DNA of 64,000 bases from Epiperipatus broadwayi (GCA_028023455.1 JAQFVV010000006.1:13516001-13580000); one strand, 5' to 3'; shown: positions 13,502 through 27,710, counted from the stretch's first letter. Notes: generated by a model not told the origin, from the sequence alone. Translations and numbers: made by a program.

Positions 13502-13899
13502 ATATACTAACCTGTTTGCTGTGATATTACTAACAGTTGAATGCATTTGGAATATTTAAATAAAATTAAACTTTTCTAGAGACATTCAACACACATATTA
13601 AATGATGGAAATAGTCCAATATAAAAAGTACGCTGTAATTTGAATCCTTTGTATGATATTAATGTCGTAAAATGTTAATGCTTTCTACCATTAGCAAACC
13701 AAAATCTATTAGGTTTTGATATGATTTACACCTTTCGGTAAAACTAATTTTTGACTTTTTATTGTTTGTAATAAATCTGAATATATGTAGATAATATATA
13801 ATAAAATATATATACAAAGTTCACCCAGAAATGGATGAAATTGAAAGTAAGAAAGAGATGCCAAAGCAATTTTCAGAGAAACGCCCACATACAAAAGTT

Positions 13900-14330
13900 A
13901 AGTATTAATACTCCATTTGAATAAAAACACTAGTATAAAGAGCTTTTCAGCTTCCAATCTCATGCAAAGCTTCGAATAAACTAAACCAGAATAAGAAGTT
14001 TTCTGCACTAGCTAAGGATGGTTGAACATTCAGAAGTTGGTCAACAATGGGGAAAAGATCAGGATTAATTTTTTTGTTTGTGTGGCGTTTTTTTTTTTCA
14101 TCTTCTATCATTCCTAAGTTGATATTTGTAGCGTCTCAAAATCATTGAAAAATAATTTCTGAATGACATCACTCGTCTCTGGAATTTCTCAATTAATGGT
14201 TATAGAACACTTTTTGTACTCTGAGTTTACAAAATTAAGTCCAGGAGTTTTTTTATCTTCACAAAATTGGAAGTTTAAGTGTTATTCATTTGCTTTGACT
14301 TAAGCATGGATGCAAGACAGATGAAAATCA
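13900..14330 (-). pseudogene. Decayed hAT transposase C-terminal dimerisation domain
   Basis: Minus strand reads NPDLFPIVDQLLNVQPSLASAE, then after a frameshift GLVYSKLCMRLEAEKL (compare P.L..LA..LL..P.SSA..ER.FS..G.VHSKLRNRL..EK). Confidence 0.6.
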
Positions 14331-14545
14331 TATAAATATTAATTGCTCTATAAAGCGAGCATATCATAACACCAATAAAGTTAAGAAAGTAACATAAAAT
14401 AAAAATTAACAAAATAAAGAATTTAAACATTTTAAAAGTTATTAATATTAAATTTATTGATAAATTATATATTTAGATATGTTATTTTTAGAATTAGAAC
14501 ATTTTTAATTTTTTGAATAATTCTTTTTTTTTTCTCGTATGTCAT

Positions 14546-14633
14546 AGCATCGGCCGGGACACGAACCCACAACCGTCTGCAACCAACTACTTGCTTGCAA
14601 GGTGGCTGCGCTGACTTCTCGGCTAACAACGCT
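14546..14633 (-). pseudogene. tRNA-like sequence or SINE head
   Basis: Minus strand AGCGTTG...CGATGCT gives a 7-bp acceptor-like stem, with A box TAGCCGAGAAG, B box GGTTCGTGTCC and stem GCAGCC/GGTTGC around an oversized 19-nt loop. Confidence 0.6.
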
Positions 14634-15849
14634 TGACAATTTTTTGAATAATTGAAGTATGAATGTACTTGTTGATCATTATCAAATAGGTCTCTTTTTT
14701 CTGATAATGAGAATCCTTCAGTTATTGAATCCTTCAGTTATTTGACAGAATGTCAGAGCTAGACCTCATATAATATTTAGGCGGCCTTTTTTCCTAATGA
14801 AATATATATTATTCATAATTTTCTTTCATGTATTTATTTAATAATGATATTTTATAAAGATAGAAAAACAAAATACAACATCACCATAGGACATATGCTC
14901 CACGGGGGGGGGGGTTGAATTTTAAGAGGGGATAATTCGAGAATGATTAACTGAATTTTTTTAAGTTATTAACAGCGAATTTGAAACCTCTAATTGCTCA
15001 TATCTTCTTATTCATAAATTAAGCTGAGAATGTTTTTATATTTTTCTCTTTCTGTGCCATTTTTTTCTCTGTGTCTTCTCCTTAGACAATCTTTACTCTT
15101 TACCTGTCCATTGTTACTTGGAGCAAGTTAAGTGGCTTGAAACTGCATTATAGTTAAACTGTCCTTTCATTAATGATTTTTTAAGCTTTCTCCGCATGAA
15201 TAGGAGTTCACTTTTTCAATAATAATTATGTATCATTGGGGGTCAAGATTTTAGAGATGCATAGAAGAGGCATGGCCAAAAAAAGGATTGGGAACCATGT
15301 TATAGACATATATACATATGTAGATATATATATTACATAAAAACATAATTATTTGCTCCTTTTACAAATTAATATTTAAAAAATATAATTAATATTGTAA
15401 TGATGAACTTAATTTTCTTTTTATAATTAAAAGTAGCTTTGTAGCAAAATAATGCATTTTGTTATAACATTATGTTCATACTGAACCTATTTGTCAATTT
15501 CTTCTTTAAAAAAATCATGTATATTAATTGTCTGTGCAATTTTTAAAAAATTTTTTTTTTAAATGTACATTTTACAAAATGATTCTAAAACAAAAATTAT
15601 AAATCATACCATCGTTTCTAATATACAGTTTGAGAGAGCTGGAAATTTTCTAGAAGATGGTGTATCATATGCGTACATAGTGCAGATTTTTTCCCCCTAC
15701 ACTTTAGAAAAGATGATTTTATATGAAATTGACTTCTATATGTTGATGAAATTCTACCAGTAATGGTCATTCTCATCTTGTGCCATGTAGTTTTTTTTTT
15801 TTTGTTACTTTCGTAGATATACAACATGATCATTGGAACATAAGTTTTT

Positions 15850-16340
15850 TATATTTCATTGAGTTTCAGCTTTAGGCTTCAGGATGCAAATCAGATCTTG
15901 AACATTCGTCTTAAGCATAACATTGATAACTTTTGCTTAGAAATTTCTATTAATTTTATTACAATTACATTCGCAAATTTCTAGATCACAATTCACTAAA
16001 CTATTCCCAAAAGGTTTCAGCAGGTGTAAGTTTTGGAGTACCTGGTTGTCATGAAATGTTTAACATTAACAGTATGTTCTTTCTGGTTTAGTAAAGTGAT
16101 TGTGTTGCAGTTTTCAAGCAAGTCACACATCTATGAGACATTAGGTGCAACATCTGTCGTAATTCACTGTAAAATTCCAACTCTTCACATTTCTTGATAA
16201 CGCTGCTAGATACCATGCTTAATGTATCCATAAAATTATCAAATACCTATCGCCTTCTGCAGTTGTTATTATTACGTGCACTATTGATTCACCATGAACA
16301 TGTGGCCCATCCATCGATCCCTACATAAGCTATTTTATTT
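15850..16340 (-). pseudogene. Decayed Tc1/mariner DDD transposase fragment
   Basis: Minus strand gives QPGTPKLTPAETFW (compare WPPRSPDLTP.DFFLW); many stops. Confidence 0.5.
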
Positions 16341-17479
16341 TTTAACATTGAAGAACACTTTATTTTCTTTTAAATTTTGTAAATAGTGTCCAGTAAAGGA
16401 TTTTTATTTTATTTTATTTGGGGAACTAAAATCAGGATGCAATTGATGAATTATGGGTGTTCGGCACTGCAAAATATAGTATCAGTAGCACTCACAAATT
16501 AAGCTGCTTGTAAATATAATAAATCTTTCTATTCAGAGTTTTCATAACAGATAAATCCAATGAAGATGAAGTCATTTTGTTTTGCTTGGAGGATCCTGTA
16601 GTAATATTACAGGTGATTGTTAATTTGCTGGTTCTAAATAAGACAGGATTTGAAAAAAAAATTAATTAAAATATCCACAATATTGTTGTTAAAAATTTGT
16701 TGATCTATGTAAATTGAATCAATATGTGGTTAACTAGATGTGAAGGAATATTTGTACCGAATGATGCTACACTCTCATACATATTCCTGAAAAAACTTGT
16801 GAAAACTAAAACTAGAGATCAACTCATCGCTCCTCAATTCATTTACAGTGCAACATGAAAGCTCTTCTCCCAAAGTACTGTAACAGTCAGAAAACGTGTA
16901 ACTCGTAAACATAGTGCAGAATTCGACCACCATACAAAACAGCAGCAACATCGAGTAGCGAAGCCACCCGTGGTACTGAGTTCGAACATAGTTTATCAGT
17001 TCCACAATACCACCCACGAAACAATGCATCTGATGCGACATTAGTAAATATTTCCTTAGGCACGGTGGTCAGGGATATGCAAGAGACTCATGATTTTATT
17101 CTCGAGTTAGCCAATACTCAAACTAATATTAATTAAACATTCATATTTACATAATCGAGGAAATATTATGTAGAATGGGTATCGAATAAATGAAACGTAA
17201 ATGCAGACATATAGTTTAAAATTATTTATTAACACATTTTAAGAAGACAATCATTTACTAATAATATTTTGTGGATTTAAAGCTTCAGTAGCGGGATTTG
17301 CGACATATATTTATTTAATTAAAATATTTATTTTATGACTAAGGGCAAACATTTATTTGAGAGTGAATTATGAAGATAATGCAGAGGTGGGGTGATATAT
17401 AGAATAACAAAACTAAGTAAAGGAACACGTGGTACGCTTTAGAAAGGCGATATGGAAGGGCAGTATATCGAAACTGCAA

Positions 17480-18040
17480 TGCCGCGAATGGGTTTATAAG
17501 AATGTCGGGCTGGTCTCTGCCTCAGCCCGACCAAGTAAGGTGTCACATAAGCATAACCAGGGACAAGCGGTCCGTGTCGCAGTTTTTCCGGCTGGCTGCA
17601 TGACGTCAAGTCCTACGGGAGCACCCATTATGCCCGCTTGTATAGGACGACTGGGGTTAATTTCAACCCTGAAGAATCCGGAAATTTCATGGCGGAATGG
17701 GTCATTGCACTCTAAAACGTAACACATGTATAATGTATAAACGATTATGATGAGATTTAAATAGATTTCTAACTCGGCCCTACATTATCAACATTTACTA
17801 AAGAACGTTGGCGACTCTCAGAGAAATGTAATTTTCTGGAATTATTCATGATGATTTAATAAATACAAAACCTATATAAATTGGGAATTATTATAACTAA
17901 TACGTCAGCCATTTGCGAAGTAGTAGACCCTGCATTACAATAAGTGATGCACTGAATGCGTGTCGATTTAGATGAAAGTTAAGTTAGTTATGGTTTATAA
18001 GAATGGCGGGCTGGTCTCTGCCTCGGCCCGACGAAGTACA
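17480..18040 (+). repeat. GC-richer insertion, possibly LTR-like, with a duplicated 46-bp hairpin motif
   Basis: Starts TGCCGCG; hairpin GTCGGGCTG/CAGCCCGAC; motif repeated at ~17993-18038; full CRE TGACGTCA at 17601-17608; PBS-like TGGCGAC at ~17809. Confidence 0.4.
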
Positions 18041-21000
18041 TATTAATGAAAATGTGACAGGCATTCACTGTTTCAAACGATCATAGATTTAAACTTTGAA
18101 AATAGAGACAATTGTGAGCATGCAATAATTAAATAATAAATATAGATAAAATGTAGATTTTAGAAATACGCACCCAAGATAGAATGAGGTAAGCTAGATT
18201 ATTAGAGAAATTTACACATTAAGTTAATTATTCAGTTTTAGTTATACATACGGTAGTTTTTACATTTTATAATTTAGAGAAGTAGTATGAAGAAGAGCTA
18301 TAGCATATTATTAGAGTACTCTAGAGTTTGAACACAGACAGGTACCTGTTTTATAAGAAGTTTTCCGAGTCCATTGTTTAGTAGCAAATAGTTTATGAGT
18401 GGCAATTCTTTCTTGTATTTAGATATTTCATTTAACTTCACAGCAGCTTTATCATTTATTTCAGGCAGCAGATCTTCATGGTGAATTTATGATGGGCAAT
18501 GGCAAGTTCGGCATCCGATAGGCCATCTCCCGATGGAGAATAATCTAGGTGCTTTACTCTGTCATACCTTGGCAGGAACAAATTATTTTTATATTTTTGG
18601 AGACTCTCAGTGATCGAAAGCAAAGCTAAAGTTTAAGTGAATGTCTCCAGCAAGTCTAAGACGGCCTCTCTTTTTTTTATCTTGATCTTTCACATTTTTG
18701 TTAAGATATTTTTAGGTTCTACTTAATCTGCCCTGAGGATAATCAATACATTTTGTTGGTTTTTAATTAAAGAAAGCTGCCGTTCTATTGTTTACTTTTT
18801 ACATTTACTAATTATACTTTGGGGAATTTTTCTTTAATTAATCTATTATCTATCACTGACCGATGCTTTTCAATTTCAAAGACAAAAAGGGAACATAAGA
18901 TTATTTTAACTTTTAATTAAATATTACATCAGATTTTTTTAGAATTATTATTAAACGAAATTTAAACAAAGCAATAAATACGAACTTCATAATCCAAAAT
19001 AAATGATTAAAATTATACAAAATTATATAACTAAAAGAAATCTAAATTATACTATTTTATCCTTATTTATTGCCTTTAATTTGAGATCGAAATGTGTGCG
19101 TGTTTATGCTGAATTCTACATATATTTATACATTTTTAATATTGCTACACACACAATTCGATACCAAAAAGTTTAAATTTGGGTGGGATAGACCGGTCAG
19201 TGAGAGACGACAGAAAAAGGTGAAACTTAAGATTCGAATACGAATCTTACTGTTTCAGTACATGAACATCAGGAGAAAAACTATAAAAAACGGAACCCAA
19301 CGGACACTTACAGGAATTGAGATGTAATAAACAAGATTGCCATTTGAGAGAGCAGTAAACAAGTAACAGCAACAATGGCACAAAGAGTTCGATCTCAAAA
19401 GAGCAATGAATCTGCACCAGATCTGAAAATGGTCTTTCCGAATCTAAACACCTGCACAGACTGGACACATGAACTTAGACGCAGTCATGGAGAACACAGA
19501 ACAAAAAGAAACAAGGACAGCCCTGCGGATGACTCAAAGGCAACACAGGACATTAAAACCATGAAACAACTCAGAGCAAAATTAGTCTTTACCCTATTTG
19601 AGCTTAAATCATTTTACAAAATGCATGTAGAAATGTTTTGATTGTTTCTTTAATTAATCATTAGTCACTCTCAAAATGGTATGCATGCATGTAATTAAAC
19701 ATTGCTCAGGGGAAGATATTTACTTATGAAAGTTCATTTTATCTACTATTAAAAAACTACCAAGCATTTCATTCATTGCATCCGTTCGTTTGATGCTTGC
19801 AGCATGTGCAAAATTGAACTCACACTTCACAATGATTTTATACTTCACGGTAATGAATTATACTTATATATTGTATTAACAAGTCAGTAGTCAGTGACTG
19901 ATCTCTTTATCTTGAACGCAGGTTAATGTAAAAAAAAAGATTATATGTTATTGAATGCCGGTTAATAGTGAAATTTTCACTTCATGACAAAGCACTGTAA
20001 AAAAACAAGTAGATTATTGAAAAATCACATCCAGCAATTCGAGATTGTAGATAAATTTAATTGTAATGGAAGAATGCAACATGAAGTAAATAGAGATTTG
20101 AAGGATTATGTAAATGAGAGAAATAAAAAATAGTTTGTTTTACAAAAGCTATAAAATTCACATCAAAGTATATAAAGATTTACAGCAAACTTAGCATCTG
20201 AGGATTAGTAAATCTTATTGGATTATTACTGTCCTTCAGACATCGAGAAAAGCAGACTAATAGGGACACGTGTCCAGAAAGAGGCTACGGACAAATAAAA
20301 ATAAAATTTTAGAATCTTACAAAATATACATATATCCTTACATTATCTTAATGTTTTCAGCAATTAAATCTTATTCAATTAAGAAAATAAATTTAAAGGG
20401 TTAAACGATCTAATTTCATTAAAAAATACATAGGCCAATTTATATTTTTTGCAGGGTCTTAAGCTTTTTTTTTTGTTTGTCCATGACTTTCTGAATTTGC
20501 AACCATAATAGATTGCTTTTCTCAATACCATAAGGGCAGTTACATTTCGGAGAGATTTATTGCTCTCAACTGCAAAATTTGCAATAAATCTTTACAATAT
20601 TCGGTGTGGATTTATAGTGTCTGTAGGTTTTGAAATTATGCCTTTTTTATTTTGCACTCCTGCAATCCCTTTAATCATCGATTGTGATTTTCTAATAATC
20701 TTTGTGAAATGTTCATAATTAAATTGTATTTTTCGATAGAGATATAATATTTTTTGCTTTTGATCTAAGAATAGCCACCAAGCACTGACTAATTAGAACA
20801 GGGTACAAGTATCCATATTATAATTGTTTGCCTTGTAGTATAAAGCCAACGTGAAGTGTGCATTTAATTTTGAGCATGCTGCAGAAATACCTAAAATTGT
20901 TTTTTGATGAATTGTTAGAAGTTTGTTTGAAATAATATATTTTGGAAGTATACTTTTTTTAACTTTGAATATAGACTGTAATGATTCGTTAATTACATGC

Positions 21001-22937
21001 ATTCATTCAATTTTGTGAACCACTGTATATAAAGGAAAATTCCTTCTCTTGTCATTGAAAGCATCATTTTGGATAGTAATATCTTTTTTGTATAAGTAAA
21101 ATAGATCGCCAAATACAAGAAAAGTGAATTTTATAAATTGAAAATTTTCTCCGACTTATTTGCATTCTTTAAAATGATTCCTCATTCTGTGTTTTTGATT
21201 TTCCAATTCATATCCATATTTCTTGCATTTTGTTCTACATTCGCTTCTGCTGTTAATTTTTTTATTTGATCTAAAACAACGAACATTTTTTTTTTTTTTT
21301 TTTCTCATTTTTTTTTTTTTTTTTATTACAAAAAAAAAAACCAGGGGAAGAAAGAATGGAAAAGAATGGTGGGGATTTTTTTATAGTAGATCAACGTATG
21401 AAATCTTCTGTAGAAAGATGGGAGGATTTCTCAACAATTAATTTTGGGAATTATATTGATAAATTGGGAACCTATATATAAGAATATAGGACTATACCGG
21501 TATGAAACTAAAGCAGAAAATTAAATATGAAAATGTAAACCAGGTGTTACAAACATTGGCTTAAATACTAATTGTTTCTGAATGAAGTGCTTTTTTAAAG
21601 TAAATTATTTTATTGGACTCAAAGTAAGAATTTGTGAATTCTTTTGCTTGCATTATAAAATAGTTTAAAAGCTCCTGACACTGGGCAGGAGCATCTAACA
21701 ATAACTTAAAATTTAAATGTTTATCTTCAAACAGCCATCGTTTCAATAATAGAGTTGGAAATAATAGAGTAGTGAGACTTTTTAAAATGTGCTTATCAAA
21801 AAATTAAAAAAACAGATACTCAATTACTGCTCAATATGAATAATTAGTTTGATTAGTTGTGGACAAACTGCCTTAAAAAAATGTGTTCAGTCTGATTGGA
21901 GTCTGAAAAAAATTGTGGCTTTACCTAATGACAGACAAGATGCGTTTTCTCTAGAATGTAGCCATGAACCCTTTCACCATATTTATACAACTGTTTATAT
22001 TCTCACATGTAGCAGGTTACTTATTGTAATCAGTTTGATTAATAACAGATTTGTGTTCAGTGCCTATTCACTTCAGTAATCACTATCATTTATGAAGCCA
22101 TTAATATACCTCATATATGCAGCAAAATAATTGATGAATACAGTCAAACATAGTTTCATTAAATATACAATGGATTATAGATTTCTTTACAGGAAGATAG
22201 ATGAAAGTAATTATAGAATTCAAGTGTATAGTAAGAGGCTTGAGCAATAGGTTAATATATCATAGCTTGTATCTTATATCTCATGATACAACCAGTTTTA
22301 AATGTGAATTCGTTTTACGACAGTGTGGAAAGCTCTATAATTTTCTAACTTCCAATTTAATATTTAACAATATTTTTTATAATATGGAACTCATTAAAAT
22401 GTACATTAAGTTTTTTGCTTTGAGACAGGTGGAGAACATAAGTTAATGGACCAGTGTATTTTTGTTTCACAGATTAGTTAGTGTAATCGTCACAATACTT
22501 AATTTTTAATTATTTTAATATTTCTAACATTTGGAATTAAAATGACCATTCTTATTTATATTGTAAACGCTTCTGATGATAAATCATAGATGTACAAATA
22601 TTATGGCAGATGAAGTAGGCTGCTGGTTGTACTGAAGGCCTGGCTCCTTTAAACAAAAGTTCATACACACACATACTCACCAGTAAACCATGTAATTAAA
22701 TAAACAAAATATTGCAATTAACTACAATTTTCAAAATACAGTCAAATTTTCAATTTTAATTATAAAATGCTCCTAAGAATGGCAGTTATGTTACGAACTA
22801 GCTCTAGATTTTATTTATTTATATATTGATATTTTGAAAATAGTAGAATTAATTCCAGCAGTTTATTTTGTTATAATGTGATTTTATATATTAAAAATTG
22901 TGTAACATCTCGCACTATAAACAACTTTACGCAGAGG

Positions 22938-23073
22938 AAATTCTCCATACAATAGCATCACTTAGTGCAAGCCAGAGTAATAAATGGATGCAAGAAGATT
23001 AGTACGTAAAATCCCTACCTAGTGCCTACTCATCCAATATCCCCAGATATGGTGATCATATGATGTTTAGTGG
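22938..23073. mobile_element. Family R (HHR-bearing ~450-bp non-coding retroelement): short reverse fragment plus forward fragment
   Basis: Aligns to the R consensus (TCCCTACCTAGTGCCTACTCATCCAATATCCCCAG reverse; ATGGTGATCATATGATGTTTAGTGG forward). Confidence 0.8.
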
Positions 23074-23252
23074 TTTATAAACACTTGTTTGTAGAAAAGG
23101 ACTGGAAGGGAATAACCATGAGAGTCCCTTAACTTGTGGAGACCCTGTATAAGTGCTATTGGTGAATTCGCAAGCAGCTCTGAAGACATAGTTCATATAC
23201 AATATATATTATCAGCATAGTTTACTCCTTTAGTATTGCAATATTATATGCC

Positions 23253-23620
23253 AATAAACATCACACGATCACTATTTCTTATGCTTGCTCTTAACTGTTA
23301 TTAAAACAGGCAAAAATCTATACATATTGCCATTCAGTGCAAGTCAGATCCATCAATGGATGCCAGAAGACTTGTGCATAAAATCCCCATTTAGTGCCCA
23401 CTCATCCAATATCCCCAAACTAGTTTCTGACTTGTGGCCTTTGTCAGTGTTCTCAGATCCAAGATTCCTCACTGACAAAGGTCACAAGCCAGAAACTAGT
23501 CTGGGGATATTGGATGAGGAGGGACTAAATGGGGATTTTATGCACAAGCCTTCTGGCATCCATTGATTACTCTGGCTTGCACTGAATGGCAATACGTGTA
23601 GAAAGTTTTGCCTGTTTTAT
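23253..23620. mobile_element. Family R head-to-head foldback insertion
   Basis: Reverse copy 23253-23463 followed directly by forward copy 23464-23620; both include the HHR motif. Confidence 0.88.
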
Positions 23621-25256
23621 ATATTATATACTGTAACTTCTAAATTGAATACTGAATTAAAAGAATTTCTTGCTAATATTTTTTTTTAATTTACTGTAAC
23701 CAGCAATAACACTTGTTCATCATCGGTAATACATGGCATTCATTGTTTATCACATCTTTTTAATTTATTCTAACAATTCTATTTTAGAATTACGTCCATC
23801 CTTCGAAAAGATTCAAATATAATTTTTTTTTCATAAATTGTTTTATATATTTGTTTAAATATTACAGTAATTAATTTTAATTTTACAACTTATCCAACGG
23901 GAAAAAACACTTAATTAAACTCATTTGTGATTAAGCTAAAATATAATTAGATTTTGTAAGTAATTTTTAATCAGAGTTCTTAATGAGCTAGTTATTTAAG
24001 GATACGCTGTGGTTTTTTCCTCTCTTTTTAAGAGGTTTTTAATGATTTCCGATTTTGTAAATAATTTTAAATTATAAATATTATTTATCACTATATCTAC
24101 TATATACAAGCGATATAGTTTTAGTTTTTTTTATCTATTGATATGGTCAAAAGTAAACAGTATTAATCTGATTATATCTTGTGAAGTCAGATACGTGTTA
24201 CGAAATTTTAAATGTTCCAAGTACAGTATTTGTAAAGTAGGTTAATGAGATAAACATTTTAATTTGTAGGATGTTGTTTCTAATTCTCTTAATAAAATAT
24301 CAAATCTTTGCCTGAAATAATTATGCTGTTATTTTGAAAATGCATTCTCGGTGTTAATTATTAATAATATAGAATTATTGATTTTGTTTTCAGTACAGCG
24401 TATATATATATTGCAAATACTCTTGACACCAGACTATTCCAAGCGAGTTTTTAAGAAGTTATCACTTAAATAGGTCTGGGATTTTGAGCTACCGAAAATT
24501 AGTTAAATTCATACGATGAAACTTGGGTAGATGCTGTTTCTAATGAAAAATGGGTTTAAGAAAAATTAGTATCTTCAAAAAACAACAACAGACTATTTAA
24601 AAAAAAGATGCTGAAATTTTCCCAATAATGATCGTGTCGTATTTATAGTTTTATATGGGACAATTCCATTGGCAGTATTAAATTGATAAATATTTTTAAA
24701 AACAAACTTTTCCAAATGCATTGAATTGTTAGTAATGAGTACACATTAATATAGAACAATGTTTTAAGTAGTTTTTTTCTTTCTTAAGAGATTGCTGACT
24801 TGACCAATAGTGACAGTATTATCTCATTTGAACTAGTAGCCTTCAGATTTAATACTGAATTTAAGATGGCATTTCAACTTTCTAGACAATTTTGTCAAAG
24901 GCAACAGTCTGTAGAAATTTCATATATCTATGAAGGTAGTCCTGATTTCTCCAGTTTTTTCTTAAGGGGTCAGTTAAAGAATGGTTTTCATACATGAATT
25001 ATTGCATTCGATTGGCTTATGGGGTTATTTGCCATTATTGTGTGAGCACTTCTAATTTTTTTTCTCTAATATTTTTTTTTCTTTTGCCGAATGTAGTAAT
25101 ACGTCTTTTTTTTTTTCATTTCTAATTATCAGTTTGTGCTCTATTAATTGCTTCTCAATGGTGAAGTTGATTTCAACAATATATATCCTTCCATATTCAC
25201 ATGGTATTTTATAGATTCAATTTTTGCTTTTCATTATTTCAAATTTAGGTTTTAAA

Positions 25257-25588
25257 CCACTAAACATCACATGATCACCATTTCTTATGCTTGCTCATAA
25301 CTGTTATTAAAACAGGCAAAACTCTCCATACAGTAGTGCCACTCAGTGCAAGTTAGAGTAATCAATGGATGCCAGAAGGCTTGTGCATAAAATCCATAGA
25401 CTAGTTTCGAGCTTGTGGCTTTCATCAATGAGGGCTCCTCACTGACAAAAGCCACAAACTAGAAACTAGGAATATTGGATTAGTGGGCACTAGATAGGGA
25501 TTTTATGCACAAACCTTCTGGTATCCATTGATTACTCTAGTTTGCACTGATTGGCACTACTGTATGGAGAATTTGCCTGTTTTAATAA
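25257..25588. mobile_element. Family R head-to-head foldback insertion
   Basis: Reverse copy to ~25432 and forward copy from ~25433; the junction is just upstream of the HHR core in both arms. Confidence 0.88.
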
Positions 25589-27524
25589 ATTTAGGTTTTA
25601 TAAAGGTTAGGATTCATCATAATGTGCGATGCTTTGGAAAGCTGGTCTGATGATATATTGATTGCAGATTTTTTTTTAGTTTGCTATCCTTGACATTTAT
25701 GGAAATATTGCAGTACCTATAATTAAAAGGGCATAAATTGATGATTAAGAAAGAAAAAAATAGATGTATCTAAAATAGTGGGCAATGTGTGTATCAAGGA
25801 ACGTGTTCATTTAGAAAAAATGATAAAAATATTGGACAGATAACTTGTAATGTTTGGAAAATAGTCATTAACCTTATTCTTAAGAAAAATCAAGAGGATT
25901 TTCATCATAGATATGTTTATGAAATTTCTATTGACTGCTTTTGACAGAATAGCTAAATTAGGTCACTGATAGGATCAGCAACATCTGAAAAAAAAAGAGA
26001 AAAGTAAGTCATTTATGTTGTGTCAATATTAACTTATGTGTTAATATTATGTAGACTGCATTTGAAAAGTTTAAAGTTTTAATTATTCCAAAGTTATTTG
26101 GCAGTTAAAATATATCTGCAAATCTAAAATGATTTAGAAATTACTATTATTCTTGATATCACATATATTCCAATTTTTTAAACTTACCGAAAATTTTGAA
26201 GATGGTATAGGTTTTTTTAAATGTAATTTAATTGATGAAATAGCAATTGTACACTTTTTTACTAATTTCATTATGTCTTCTATCACCTGATTTGTAAAAG
26301 TATTAATCACAGCTATTATATATATATAGGATATAAAAAAAAAAGAAATTGCATAATATATTTCTCATGAATTCATAAGAACTTTATGCATCAAAAGTGG
26401 CAATCCGTTAAGTTAGAATAGAGTTTACTATGAGGACACCCAATTACTCGGCTATATGTTGAATAAAAATCTCTTCCTAATCTATAAAAACTATTTACAC
26501 AAAATAATTTGTCATTGAATTACTTTCTTTGTTATTTAGTCTCTTTTATTATTACTCTTTTGCCCAGTGAGATTTAATTCTGTGGTTAGCAGATTCATCA
26601 ACCAAAGGTTCCTGGATTTTGTTGCTTAAACATTATATTACCTCCTGAACAATTATTCATTCAGTTATTTTTATAATATTATTTTGCTTATCTGCTGTTG
26701 AGTAAATCCAACTTTTAAATTTATGTAAAATTTTAATTAAATGTTTGTAAAGAAATGGTAGCAAACTGATAATGTAACTTTTTTTAACCACTTTTTTTTT
26801 TTATTGTCATTTACATAATTAATGCATTACAGAGTTATACTTTATAATATTATTATAAATGAGTGCATTTAAGTACCCTCTAGTAGCTTATTATTTAACT
26901 AAGATATGTGTTATATATAATAACCAAATTCTGACATATAAGCTATGACAATATATGCTCATAGAAACAGTTTCAAGGGAATCCCTTTCATCAGCTACAC
27001 TAAGCCCCGTGATCACTAACCAAAATAAAGAAAAGACTAAATACAATCATTTATGATAATATTATAAATAGTTTAAGTAAGTTTACACATTTTATTCAAT
27101 TTATATGTTATTAGAATAGTCTGCAAGCATTTTTTGTATATTGATATTGAGTACAGGATTGTATTGGAAATGTATGGTGTGTTGAATGTGGCATCTCATT
27201 TGTGGTTTATAACAGGGTTACCTACCATCAATTCATATCTATAATACATTCCTCAAAATTTTGATCATTTATTAAATGATTTTAACTTTCTATTTGTTGA
27301 TTTATTCAGATCTCATAACCGATTTTTGATATGTTTCCATCAAATGGATTTTCTTCAAATTTTGTGCACATTAGGTATCAATGGCAATACGATATAACAG
27401 TGAAATATTTCAGAGTTGATTCCAGTCTAACAGTATTAGCAGGTCAAATTTCAAAATGCATCACATCAGTTCAATAAGTTTTTAATGATATTCTCTAGAT
27501 GGCAATATATATATTTTTAAATAT

Positions 27525-27710
27525 GCAGAAGATTTGGATAAAGAATTTATGTCAGTATACTTGTACAAAAGGTGGGATGATTGTGTTAGGAGAATTATTG
27601 AGTATTATAATGGCAAGGAATGGGGTAAAAGAATAGATGCATTAATAAAGAATAGGGTGTTGCAGAGATGGAGAATTGCTATGGAGAATAAAAATAGTTT
27701 ATATATATAT
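27525..27710 (+). mobile_element. CCHC-type LINE, left half of a split copy
   Basis: KRWDDCVRRIIEYYNGKEWGKRIDALIKNR matches 33960-34135; ends at a (TA)n tract. Confidence 0.85.

Larger units (their letters stand above)
13066..13627. mobile_element. Solo foldback derivative of the PLE-C terminal repeat (inverted tail + tRNA-like head + HHR + tail)
   Basis: 13106-13230 is the reverse complement of 13502-13627. Three ~40-bp tandem units lie in the left arm. The forward part aligns to 39540-39785. Confidence 0.85.

Noticed and set aside
13357-14633. Functional tRNA genes at 13357, 14546, 32632 and 39540
   Set aside because: Broken acceptor or anticodon arms, oversized loops, and embedding in repeat bodies indicate SINE heads or pseudogenes.
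17668-17690. Hammerhead at CTGAAGA-ATCCG-GAAA
   Set aside because: Only 5 nt lie between the boxes, too short for stem II.
19200-19641. 88-aa ORF (19375-19641) as a gag/ORF1 or host exon
   Set aside because: No motif recognised; parallel frames are broken; probably decayed repeat.
20440-21030. Tc1-like element ending ...GAACCACTG|TA
   Set aside because: Only one plausible TIR end and a weak IHTEYCK similarity; no matching left TIR found.
16540-25700. Candidates for TMEM120 exon 1 (e.g. ~16550-16613, ~18455-18550, ~25622-25670)
   Set aside because: None combines an ATG, a W..L..(E/D)(Y/F)-type N-terminal helix and a phase-0 donor; exon 1 remains unlocated.
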